Origin: Kineosporiaceae bacterium | GTDB taxonomy: Bacteria > Actinomycetota > Actinomycetes > Actinomycetales > Kineosporiaceae | Assembly: GCA_052038585.1 (NCBI GenBank) | Contig: JBQGCR010000189.1 | Location: 1 to 28,639 of the forward strand | Direction: 5' to 3' | DNA: 28,639 bases | In this document: piece by piece, positions 17,436 through 25,576 of the stretch | Layout of the letters: every line of letters begins with the position of its first letter | How positions within the stretch are numbered: position 1 is the stretch's first letter | Notes under the pieces: generated by a model | What the model was told of the DNA's origin: nothing | What the model saw: the letters and a program-made list of their open reading frames with translations, nothing else | The model's database searches: none | Program-made: the position numbers and the translations under genes

Positions 17436-19489
17436 GGTGCGGGCTCCTTGTCGACGATGAGGACGGCGTCCAGGGCGAGCAGCCCGTCCGCCGTCACGCG
17501 CAGCGGGTTGATCTCGACGTCCCGGACGTGCGGGCGGGCGTGCAGGAGGTCGCCGAGCGCGACGAGGACCCGGCCGACGGCCGCTCGATCCGCGGCGGGG
17601 CCGCCGCGGAAGCCGTCGAGCAGCACTGTCGCTCGCAGCTGGTCCAGCAGGGCAGCGGCAGCGGTGGCGTCCAGCGGTGCCGGCGCGAGCGCGACGTCGT
17701 CCAGGGCCTCGGCGACGACGCCGCCGAGGCCGACGAGTACGACCGGCCCGAACACGGGGTCGCGGGTGGCCCCGACGACGAGGTCGATGCCCGACGGGGC
17801 CATCGTCTCCACGAGGAACCGCCGGGCGCCGGCGGCCTCGAGCGCGTCCAGGGCTGCGTCGAGCGCCGCGGCGTCGCGCACGCCGAGGTGGACGCCGCCG
17901 ACGTCGGACTTGTGCGTCACCGAGGCGTCCAGCAGCTTGACCGCGACCGGGCCCGGCAGCTCCGCCAGGGCTCGGTGGGCCTCGTCGCGGTCGGCGCAGA
18001 CCCGGCGCGGAGGCGTCGGCACGCCAAGCGCTGCCAGCAAGGTCTTGGCCTCGTCCTCGTCGAGGTCACGGCCGGGGACGTCCGGCGGCGCCGGCGCCGC
18101 GGAGGGCGGTGTCTCCCGCCGGCGGGCGTGCCGGGCGCGGGAGTCCTCGACGAGGGCGGCCACAGCACTGGTCAAGGCGGCGGGGCCGGTGACGGCGGGC
18201 ACGCCGAGCGCGTGCAGGGCCGCACGCTGGCGCGCGACCTCGGCCTGCGGTCCCCCCAACCCGACGACGAACGGCGCCCCGCCGGCGGACGCCGCGCTGG
18301 CCACAGCCGCGGGCAGGTCGAGGGCGTCCGGCTCGCTGAGCGCGTAGACGCTGACGACGTCGACACCCGGGTCGGCGGCCACGGCGACGAGGACGTCGTC
18401 GAACCCCGCTCGGGGCCGGCCCGTGTCGACCGGGTTCGCCTGGTACGTCAACGGCGGCAGCACCGCGGACACGCCCGCCCGGGTCCGCTCGTCGAGCACG
18501 GGCAACTGGACGTCGCGGCCGCGCAGACCGTCGACGTGCAGCAGGCCGGGGCCGGCCTGCGCCGTCACGACCCCGACCCCCGCCGCGGGCGAGGCGGGCA
18601 GCCGGAAGGCCGACAGCGCGGTGACGGCGTCGACGAGCTCGCGCTCGTCGGCCACGAGAACGGCACCGGCGGCGCGCAGGACGGCCCGGGTCGTCCGCCA
18701 CGAGGTGGCCAGCGCGCCGGTGTGGGACCGGGCGAAGTCAGCGACGTCGTTGCGCCCGACGACGAGCGCCACGACCGGCTTGCGCGTGCTGAGGCGACGG
18801 ACGGCCGCCGCCAGCCGCGGCCCGTCGGCAACGGACTCGACGTGGAGGGCGACCGCCGCGGTGGCCTCGTCGTCCTCGAGGTACTCCAGGACGTCGGCCG
18901 CGGACACGTCCACGGCGTTGCCGAGCCCCACGGCGAGCGAGACGCCCACGCCGGCCTCGGCGAGCGCGAAGGCGAGCGCGTGATTGACGCCGCCGCTGGC
19001 CGCGACGACGGCGACCGGCCCCGCAGCGAGGGCCGTCGTCCCGGGGACGAACGAGGCCGTGAGCGCCCGGCCGGGCACCACGAAGCCGGAGGTGTTGGGG
19101 CCGAGCAGCGTCGTGCCGGTGCCCAGCGCCGCGGCGACGAGGGCCGCCTGGTGCGCGATCCCGTCGCCGCCCGCCTCGGCGTACCCGCCGGAGCAGACCA
19201 GCGCGGCCCGGACGCCCGCCCCCGCCACCTGCGTCACGACCGCCGCGGACGCGGCCGCCGGGACGCATAGGACGGCCAGGTCGAGCGGGTCACCGGCGGC
19301 GTCCGCCGCCTCGGCGACGCTCGCGTAGCGGCCCGCTCCCGGGTCGGCGTCCCGGGCATTGACCCCGACGACGGTGCCGGGGAACCCGGCCAGCGACCGG
19401 AGCATGACGGCGCCCAGCTTGCCCGGGTCGCGGGACGCCCCGATGACGACGATCCCGCGGGGCGCGAAGAGCGCGCCGAGCCCGCTCAC
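17432..19489 (-). CDS. sdgB: ADP-forming acyl-CoA synthetase family protein (CoA-binding + ligase + ATP-grasp), SdgB-like
   Basis: VIGASRDPGKLG CoA-binding motif, LLGPNTSG, SHTGALA with the phospho-His, HKSDVGGVHLG and EINPL ATP-grasp; GTGA overlaps at both ends. Confidence 0.88.
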   Translation of the reverse strand: MSGLGALFAPRGIVVIGASRDPGKLGAVMLRSLAGFPGTVVGVNARDADPGAGRYASVAEAADAAGDPLDLAVLCVPAAASAAVVTQVAGAGVRAALVCSGGYAEAGGDGIAHQAALVAAALGTGTTLLGPNTSGFVVPGRALTASFVPGTTALAAGPVAVVAASGGVNHALAFALAEAGVGVSLAVGLGNAVDVSAADVLEYLEDDEATAAVALHVESVADGPRLAAAVRRLSTRKPVVALVVGRNDVADFARSHTGALATSWRTTRAVLRAAGAVLVADERELVDAVTALSAFRLPASPAAGVGVVTAQAGPGLLHVDGLRGRDVQLPVLDERTRAGVSAVLPPLTYQANPVDTGRPRAGFDDVLVAVAADPGVDVVSVYALSEPDALDLPAAVASAASAGGAPFVVGLGGPQAEVARQRAALHALGVPAVTGPAALTSAVAALVEDSRARHARRRETPPSAAPAPPDVPGRDLDEDEAKTLLAALGVPTPPRRVCADRDEAHRALAELPGPVAVKLLDASVTHKSDVGGVHLGVRDAAALDAALDALEAAGARRFLVETMAPSGIDLVVGATRDPVFGPVVLVGLGGVVAEALDDVALAPAPLDATAAAALLDQLRATVLLDGFRGGPAADRAAVGRVLVALGDLLHARPHVRDVEINPLRVTADGLLALDAVLIVDKEPAP

Positions 19490-21096
19490 GGGGTGCCCTC
19501 GCCCACGGCGACGAGGTCGGCCCGGCCGGACAGGACGGCCGTCAGGGCGTCGTCGTCGCCGCCGTCCGGGCCGTCGACGAGCACGCTCACCAGACCGTGC
19601 TCCAGCCGCGCCTCCTCCGTGAGCAGCCGGCGCGTCAGAGCCGTGCCGCCGTGGACGGCGACCAGGCAGGCACCGGACGCCGCGGCGTCCGCGAGCGCAC
19701 GGGACGCCGCCGCGATCCCGGCCTCCGACTCCGGAGCCTCGACGTCGACCCCCCACGGCCCGGATCCGTCCGACTGCCGCATCTGTCTGGAACCGTTGCC
19801 GTGCAACGGGACGACGAGCCCGTCGAGGACGGCGGCCCCTGCCCGGACGACGGCGGTCCGCCGGGCGACCCGGTGCCCGGCGACGACGATGGCGCTGTCG
19901 AGCGGCTCGGCTCCGTGCAGGCCGCGCCAGCGGGCGTGGGCGGTGTCGACGAATGCGGGATCGCGCCGCCTCAGCTTGGCGTCAGTGAGGCTGCGCGTGA
20001 GGAAGTGGTGGGCGAACTGCCACGGCGGCAGGGCATCGTAGGAGCGGCCGAAGTGCTCCCACCAGGCCAGGCTGGGGCGGGCGGCGCCCTGGATCCGGGC
20101 GACCTGCGGCTGCCGCACGGCCTCGTACCTCTCGAGGGCGGCGTCGACGTCGTCGGCGCCGTCACCGGGGTGCTCAGCAAGGGCCGCGACGAGCGCGACG
20201 GCGTCCTCCATGGCCATTTTCGTGCCCGAGCCCACGGAGAAGTGCGCGGTGTGCGCCGCGTCGCCGAGCAGGGCGACGGCGGTGCCGCCGACCCGGTGCC
20301 GCCAGCGCGATGAGCCCCGGGTGCGGAAATTGGCCCAGCGGGAGTTGTTGACGAGCAACGGATGCCCGTCGAGCTGACCGGCGAACAGCTGCTCGAGGTA
20401 CGCGCGCGAGACCTCGTCGCTGGGCCCCGGCGGCTGCGTGACGTCGAAGGCGTGCAGCCCGGCGGCGCGCCACGACGCCTCGTCGGTCTCGACGATGAAG
20501 GTCGACCGTCCGCCGCCGATCGGATAGCCGTGGACGGCGAAGACGCCGTGCGGGCCGCGCTCGTGGACAAACGTGAGCCCCTGGAACGGGTACGTCGTCC
20601 CCAGCCAGATGAACTTCACGGCCGACGTCACAAGGGTCGGCTCGAAAACCTGGCCGAACCGGTCGCGCAGCTGGGAGTTCGCGCCGTCCGCCGCCACGAC
20701 GAGGTCGTAGCCGGCACCCAGCAGGTCCTCCGGTGCGACCGGGGAGGCGAAGCGGACGTCGACGCCGGCGTCGGCGGCACGTTCCTGCATCAGGCGCAGG
20801 AGCGTGCGACGTTCCACTGCGGCCATGCCGTTGCCCCCGCACCGCCACTGCTCGCCGCGGAGGCGCACCTCGATCGAGTCCCAGTGCACGCCGTGCTGCT
20901 CGAGCGCGGTCCGCAGCACGGGGTCGGCCTCGTGGATGCCGTCCAGCGTCGCGTCGGAGAAGACGACACCGAAGCCGAAGGTGTCCTCGGCCCGGTTGCG
21001 CTCGAAGACCGTCACCTGGCGCGCGGGGTCGGCACGCTTGGCCAGCGTGGCGGCGAACAGGCCGCCAGGGCCGCCGCCGAGGACGGCTATCCGCAT
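19486..21096 (-). CDS. sdgC: Salicyloyl-CoA 5-hydroxylase-like flavin monooxygenase (SdgC/AbmA family) with a shortened C-terminal domain
   Basis: MRIAVLGGGPGGL, TFGFGVVFSD, VAADGANS, LLGDAAHTAHFSVGSGTKMAMEDA; 536 aa ending in SGRADLVA. Confidence 0.88.
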   Translation of the reverse strand: MRIAVLGGGPGGLFAATLAKRADPARQVTVFERNRAEDTFGFGVVFSDATLDGIHEADPVLRTALEQHGVHWDSIEVRLRGEQWRCGGNGMAAVERRTLLRLMQERAADAGVDVRFASPVAPEDLLGAGYDLVVAADGANSQLRDRFGQVFEPTLVTSAVKFIWLGTTYPFQGLTFVHERGPHGVFAVHGYPIGGGRSTFIVETDEASWRAAGLHAFDVTQPPGPSDEVSRAYLEQLFAGQLDGHPLLVNNSRWANFRTRGSSRWRHRVGGTAVALLGDAAHTAHFSVGSGTKMAMEDAVALVAALAEHPGDGADDVDAALERYEAVRQPQVARIQGAARPSLAWWEHFGRSYDALPPWQFAHHFLTRSLTDAKLRRRDPAFVDTAHARWRGLHGAEPLDSAIVVAGHRVARRTAVVRAGAAVLDGLVVPLHGNGSRQMRQSDGSGPWGVDVEAPESEAGIAAASRALADAAASGACLVAVHGGTALTRRLLTEEARLEHGLVSVLVDGPDGGDDDALTAVLSGRADLVAVGEGTP

Positions 21097-21110
21097 CGGG
21101 CATCCCTTAT

Positions 21111-21150
21111 ATGTGTCATCTATGAGCCGGACGGCGCTACAGTGACACAT
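21111..21150. promoter_or_regulatory. Candidate PaaX operator between divergent sdgC and paaX
   Basis: Perfect 8-bp inverted repeat ATGTGTCA-N24-TGACACAT; widely spaced half-sites resemble the E. coli PaaX operator architecture. Confidence 0.55.
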
Positions 21151-21243
21151 GTGCGTCGACGGCCGCAAGACCGCGTGGCCTCGGACGCGCGGTGACCACC
21201 CGGCGTCCAGGACAATCACGGGCGGGGCCGCGAGAGGAGGACG

Positions 21244-22047
21244 ATGAAGCCGCGGTCGGTGGTGTTCGACCTGTTCGGGGACCATCTGCGCTACCTCGCC
21301 GGCGCCGTCCGGACCCAGAGCCTCGTGGCACTGCTCTCCGCGTTCGACATCGGGGAGCCGACCGCCCGGATCGTGCTCGCGCGGCTGCGGAAGGAAGGCT
21401 GGCTGGAGACGCGACGGTCGGGCCGGGAGGCGGTCTGGGCCGTGACGCCGCGCGCCCTGGGGATGCTCGACGACGGGCGCGCGCGCATCTTCGAGCGGGC
21501 GCGTGCGCCATGGGACGGCCAGTGGCGGATGGTCATCTACACCGTCGCCGAGCAGGACCGCGCAGAACGCGAGCAGCTCCGGCGGGCCCTGGCCTGGCTC
21601 GGGTTCGGCCCCCTCGCGGCGTCGACGTGGCTCAGCCCGCACGACCGGCTCGACGACGTCGAGAAGGCGCTTGCCGAACACACCGCCGTCCGGGCGGACC
21701 TCTTGACCTGCCGGTCCCGCGGCCGCGCGGCCGACCTCGACATGGTGTCCCGCTGCTGGGACCTCGACACCCTTGCCGGGGACTACCTGGAGTTCGTATC
21801 CAGCGTGGACCGCCTGCCCTCCCCCACCGACCTCGCCCGGCTGCCTGGGCCCGAGTCGCTGCGCGTCGGGGTCCGCCTCGTCGCCGACTACCGCCGGTTC
21901 CCCTTCCGCGACCCCGACCTGCCCGCCGACCTGCTGCCGCGAGGCTGGCCCGGGACGCACGCCCACGAGCGGTTCATCGCGGCCCACGAGGCGCTCGCCG
22001 GCCCGGCTCGCCGGTTCGTCAGCGAGGTCCTCGAGCGGGACGGCTGA
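21244..22047 (+). CDS. paaX: PaaX family transcriptional regulator (paralog 2)
   Basis: MKPRSVVFDLFGDHLR, WDGQWRMVIYTVAE, LGFGPLAASTW, RRFPFRDPDLPADLLP; GAGGAGG RBS. Confidence 0.93.
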   Translation: MKPRSVVFDLFGDHLRYLAGAVRTQSLVALLSAFDIGEPTARIVLARLRKEGWLETRRSGREAVWAVTPRALGMLDDGRARIFERARAPWDGQWRMVIYTVAEQDRAEREQLRRALAWLGFGPLAASTWLSPHDRLDDVEKALAEHTAVRADLLTCRSRGRAADLDMVSRCWDLDTLAGDYLEFVSSVDRLPSPTDLARLPGPESLRVGVRLVADYRRFPFRDPDLPADLLPRGWPGTHAHERFIAAHEALAGPARRFVSEVLERDG

Positions 22048-22069
22048 CGCGGCAAGGCTTTCCGGCCGC

Positions 22070-22843
22070 TCAAAGCGCGTCCGTGACGGCATCCGCCGCG
22101 GCGGCCAGGGCCGCGGCGATCCGGGGCACGCGGTCCTTGCGGTACCGCACCGACGGCATGGAGACCGAGACGGCCGCGACCGTGTCACCGTGACGGTCCA
22201 CCACGGCGCGCCCCACGGCGGCGAGCCCGCGCTCGGACCGCTCGAGGTTGATGGCGATGCCGGTACGCCGGACGGCGCGCAGCTCGCGGTGCAGGCGGGG
22301 CAGGTCCGGCCGGTCGGCCGCCCGGTCGGCGAACCGTTCCGGCGCGTAGAGCGCGTCGACCCGCTCCGGGCTGAGAGCGGCGAGCATGACGAGGCCGCCG
22401 GTGACCGTGTGGGCGGGGAAGACCATGCCCTCGCGGTTGCCGACCCGCAGCGCTTGGTCGCACTCGACCGAGGCGATGAAGCGCGCCGTCGTACCGATCC
22501 GGACCGACAGGTTGCACGTCTCGCCGAGGGTGTCGACGAGCAGGCGCATCGGTTCCAGCGCCGCCGCCCGCAGCCGCGCGACGTCCGACGAGGAGCGGCC
22601 CGAGAGCTCGAGCACCGGGCCGGCCCGGTAGACCCGGTCCTCGCCCTGCACGGCGAAGTCGCGGTACACCAGCGCCTGGAGCAGCCGGTGCGCCGTCGAC
22701 CGCGCGACCCCCAGTCGCTCTGCAGCGGCAGAGACCGTGATCGGCCCCTCGACCTGCAGGACGACCGCGAGTCGCAACGCGTGGTCGACACTCGTCACCG
22801 CGTACGCAGGCGGCGTCTTGAACGGGGCAGACGCGCGGGCCAC
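22070..22843 (-). CDS. IclR family transcriptional regulator (GenR/NagR-like) of the gentisate operon
   Basis: CAGGAGG RBS before GTG 22843; SVDHALRL...LGVARSTAHRLLQAL HTH; TVTGGLVMLA and AVSVSMP effector domain; divergent from gentisate dioxygenase. Confidence 0.92.
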   Translation of the reverse strand: MARASAPFKTPPAYAVTSVDHALRLAVVLQVEGPITVSAAAERLGVARSTAHRLLQALVYRDFAVQGEDRVYRAGPVLELSGRSSSDVARLRAAALEPMRLLVDTLGETCNLSVRIGTTARFIASVECDQALRVGNREGMVFPAHTVTGGLVMLAALSPERVDALYAPERFADRAADRPDLPRLHRELRAVRRTGIAINLERSERGLAAVGRAVVDRHGDTVAAVSVSMPSVRYRKDRVPRIAAALAAAADAVTDAL

Positions 22844-22857
22844 CGATCCTCCTGGTG

Positions 22858-22872
22858 TTCTGCTGTGCAGAA
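22858..22872. promoter_or_regulatory. Candidate IclR operator
   Basis: TTCTGC-TGT-GCAGAA 15-bp palindrome in the 70-bp divergent intergenic region. Confidence 0.6.
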
Positions 22873-22913
22873 TCGTATGTTCCCGCCGGGGAGCCCGCGA
22901 CGAGCATCGGGGC

Positions 22914-24053
22914 ATGACCGACACGCCGCCGTTCGCCGTCGTCGCCAAGGACGGGCCGGACCAGCCCCCGGTGACGCCGGAGCTCCAGGACCTGTACCGG
23001 GGCTTCGAGAAGGCTCTGCTGATCCCGCTGTGGACCGAGATCGGCGGCCTCATGCCGCACGAACCGGTCTCCAAGGCCTCCCCGCACCTGTGGGAGTGGA
23101 AGACCCTGCTCGAGCTGGCAGGGTTGTCCGGCGAGCTCGTGCCGGTCGGCCGTGGCGGCGAGCGACGGGCGATCGCCCTGGCGAACCCGAGCCTGGGCGG
23201 CCGGCCGTACGCGACACCGACCCTGTGGGCCGCGATCCAGTACCTCATGCCGGGCGAGGACGCCCCCGAGCACCGGCACACCCAGAACGCGTTCCGGTTC
23301 GTCGTCGAGGGCGAAGGCGTCTGGACCGTCGTCGAGCGCGAACCGGTCCCGATGCGGCGCGGCGACTTCCTGCCGCAGGCAGGGATGCACTGGCACGCCC
23401 ACCACAACGCCGCCTCGACGCCCATGGCGTGGATCGACGGGCTGGACATCCCGTTCCAGTACGAGGTCGAGGGCCAGTTCTTCGACCTCGGCCGGGACAC
23501 GCTCACCGAGGCCGAGCACGCGACACCCGAGCGCTCCCGGTCGGAGCGGCTCTGGGGCCACCCGGCTCTCGCCCCGGTGTCTCAGCTCGGGTCCACGGCG
23601 GGCAGCCCGCTGCTCGCCTACCGCTGGGTCGACACCGACGCCGCTCTGACCGACCAGCTCGCCCTCGAGCGCGAAGGCTTCGCAGGCGTCGTCGAACCCG
23701 ACCACGCACTCGTCCGGTACACCAACCCGACGAACGGCGGCGACGTCCTGCCGACGATCCGGACCCAGTTCCATCGCATCGCGGCCGGCGCGCAGACCGC
23801 GCCGCGGCGCGAGACTGGGTCGTCGGTGTACCAGGTCTTCGACGGCTCCGGCCGGGTCACCGTCGGCAGCCACTCCTGGTCCATCACCCGAGGCGACCTG
23901 TTCGTCGTCCCGTCGTGGCAGCCGTTCTCCGTCGTCTCGCAGGCCTCCGCGTCGGACTCCGACTCCGGCGCCCTCGACCTCTTCCAGTTCAGCGACGCAC
24001 CGATCTTCGAGCGCCTCAACCTGTTCAAGTCCGCCACGGAGGACGTCTCGTGA
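22914..24053 (+). CDS. nagI: Gentisate 1,2-dioxygenase (bicupin)
   Basis: GRGGERRAIALANP, AAIQYL.PGE.AP.HRHTQNAFRF, HWHAHHN, WIDGLDIP, GDLFVVPSW, LFQFSDAPIFERL. Confidence 0.93.
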   Translation: MTDTPPFAVVAKDGPDQPPVTPELQDLYRGFEKALLIPLWTEIGGLMPHEPVSKASPHLWEWKTLLELAGLSGELVPVGRGGERRAIALANPSLGGRPYATPTLWAAIQYLMPGEDAPEHRHTQNAFRFVVEGEGVWTVVEREPVPMRRGDFLPQAGMHWHAHHNAASTPMAWIDGLDIPFQYEVEGQFFDLGRDTLTEAEHATPERSRSERLWGHPALAPVSQLGSTAGSPLLAYRWVDTDAALTDQLALEREGFAGVVEPDHALVRYTNPTNGGDVLPTIRTQFHRIAAGAQTAPRRETGSSVYQVFDGSGRVTVGSHSWSITRGDLFVVPSWQPFSVVSQASASDSDSGALDLFQFSDAPIFERLNLFKSATEDVS

Positions 24054-24913
24054 AGCTCGCCACCGCCCGCCTGACGTCCTCGACGGGCTCCCGGACGGCC
24101 GCCGTCCGCGTCGAGGGCGACACCCTTGTCGAGCTGCCGTTCACCGACGTCGGCGCGCTCCTCGCGACGCCCGGCTGGCAGCAGGCGGCCTCGGCCGCCG
24201 GGCCGGAGCACCCGACGGACGGAGTGACCTTCGCACCCGTCGTTCCCGCACCTTCCAAGGTCGTCTGCGTCGGCCTCAACTACAAGAACCACATCCAGGA
24301 GATGGGCCGGGACCTGCCCGAGCACCCCACGCTGTTCTCGAAGTTCGCCGACTGCCTCGTCGGCTCGACCGACGACGTCGTCCGGCCCGCCGAGACGACC
24401 GAGTTCGACTGGGAGGTCGAGCTCGCCGTCGTCGTCGGCACACCCGACGCGACGCCGGTGCGGCGGGCGGACGACGAGGCCGCCGCCACGGCGATCGCCG
24501 GGTTCACGGTCCTCAACGACGTGACGTGCCGGGACTGGCAGTTCCGCACCCGGGAGTGGCTGCAGGGCAAGAACTGGGACTCCACGACCCCGGTCGGCCC
24601 CTGGCTCGTCACCCCGGACGAGGTCGGCGGCGTCCGGCCCTCGCTGAAGGTCACCTGCTCCGTCGACGGCGTCGTCATGCAGTCCGACACGACCGGCGAC
24701 CTGCTCTTCGACCCCGTCGACCTCGTCAAGTACGTCTCCACGATGGTCCGGCTCAACCCCGGCGACGTCATCGCCACCGGCACCCCCGGCGGCGTCGGCC
24801 ACGCCCGCAAGCCCCCGCTGTACCTGGCCGGCGGGGAGCTGCTCGTCACCGAGGTCGAGGGCATCGGCCGGCTCGAGAACCGCGTCGTCACCGACCCGGC
24901 CCGGAGCGCCTGA
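24050..24913 (+). CDS. nagK: Fumarylacetoacetate hydrolase family protein (fumarylpyruvate hydrolase)
   Basis: VCVGLNYKNHIQEMG, DWEVELAVVVG, LNDVTCRDWQ, WLQGKNW, GDVIATGTPGGVG; GTGA overlap with the dioxygenase. Confidence 0.92.
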   Translation: MKLATARLTSSTGSRTAAVRVEGDTLVELPFTDVGALLATPGWQQAASAAGPEHPTDGVTFAPVVPAPSKVVCVGLNYKNHIQEMGRDLPEHPTLFSKFADCLVGSTDDVVRPAETTEFDWEVELAVVVGTPDATPVRRADDEAAATAIAGFTVLNDVTCRDWQFRTREWLQGKNWDSTTPVGPWLVTPDEVGGVRPSLKVTCSVDGVVMQSDTTGDLLFDPVDLVKYVSTMVRLNPGDVIATGTPGGVGHARKPPLYLAGGELLVTEVEGIGRLENRVVTDPARSA

Positions 24914-25566
24914 TGGGCCGCGACCTGCCCGCGGCCCTGTCGTACGTCGCGACCGGGACCAAGCTGTGCGCGGACGCCGTCGCCGGCTTCGACGAGGCCG
25001 CCTTCGCCGCGCCGTCGGCGCTACCGGGCTGGACCCGAAAGCATCTCGTCGCGCACCTCGCGGCCAACGCCGAAGCCCTCATGCGGCTGCTCCACTGGGC
25101 CACGACCGGGGAACGGACCCCGATGTACTCCTCCCCTGCGCAACGCAACGCCGACATCGACGCCGGCGCTCGGCGTCCCGGCGCCGACCTCGCCCGCTGG
25201 TTCACGACGTCCGCGGCCCAGCTCGACCAGACGCTCGCCGCGCTGCCGGACGCCGCATGGACCGCCGAGGTCGTCACCGCCCAGGGGCGCACCGTCCCGG
25301 CGTCCGAGATCCCCTGGATGCGGGCCCGCGAGGTGCTCGTCCACGCCGCCGACCTCGCCACCGGCGTCACCTTCGCCGACCTGCCCGACGGCTTCCTCAG
25401 CGCGCTCGGCAACGAGATCCGCGCCAAGCGCACCGCCGCCGGCGAGGACGTCGAGGGCCTCACCGGGTCCCTCGCCGACGTCACCGCCTACCTCGCCGGC
25501 CGCAGCACGTCCGGAGTCACTGCCCCGGACGGCACGCCCGCCCCCGCCCCCTCCCGCTGGCTGTGA
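24913..25566 (+). CDS. nagL: Mycothiol-dependent maleylpyruvate isomerase family protein
   Basis: [51 protein letters not shown]; TGATG overlap with the hydrolase stop. Confidence 0.9.
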   Translation: MGRDLPAALSYVATGTKLCADAVAGFDEAAFAAPSALPGWTRKHLVAHLAANAEALMRLLHWATTGERTPMYSSPAQRNADIDAGARRPGADLARWFTTSAAQLDQTLAALPDAAWTAEVVTAQGRTVPASEIPWMRAREVLVHAADLATGVTFADLPDGFLSALGNEIRAKRTAAGEDVEGLTGSLADVTAYLAGRSTSGVTAPDGTPAPAPSRWL

Positions 25567-25576
25567 AGGACTGGTC

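Noticed and set aside
19486-22791. 1101-aa ORF as one fusion protein (likewise 21773-24913 at 1046 aa and 17432-19756 at 774 aa)
   Set aside because: The real starts are internal (21096, 24050, 19489) with RBS or stop-start overlaps; the upstream extensions are off-frame read-through of neighbouring genes.
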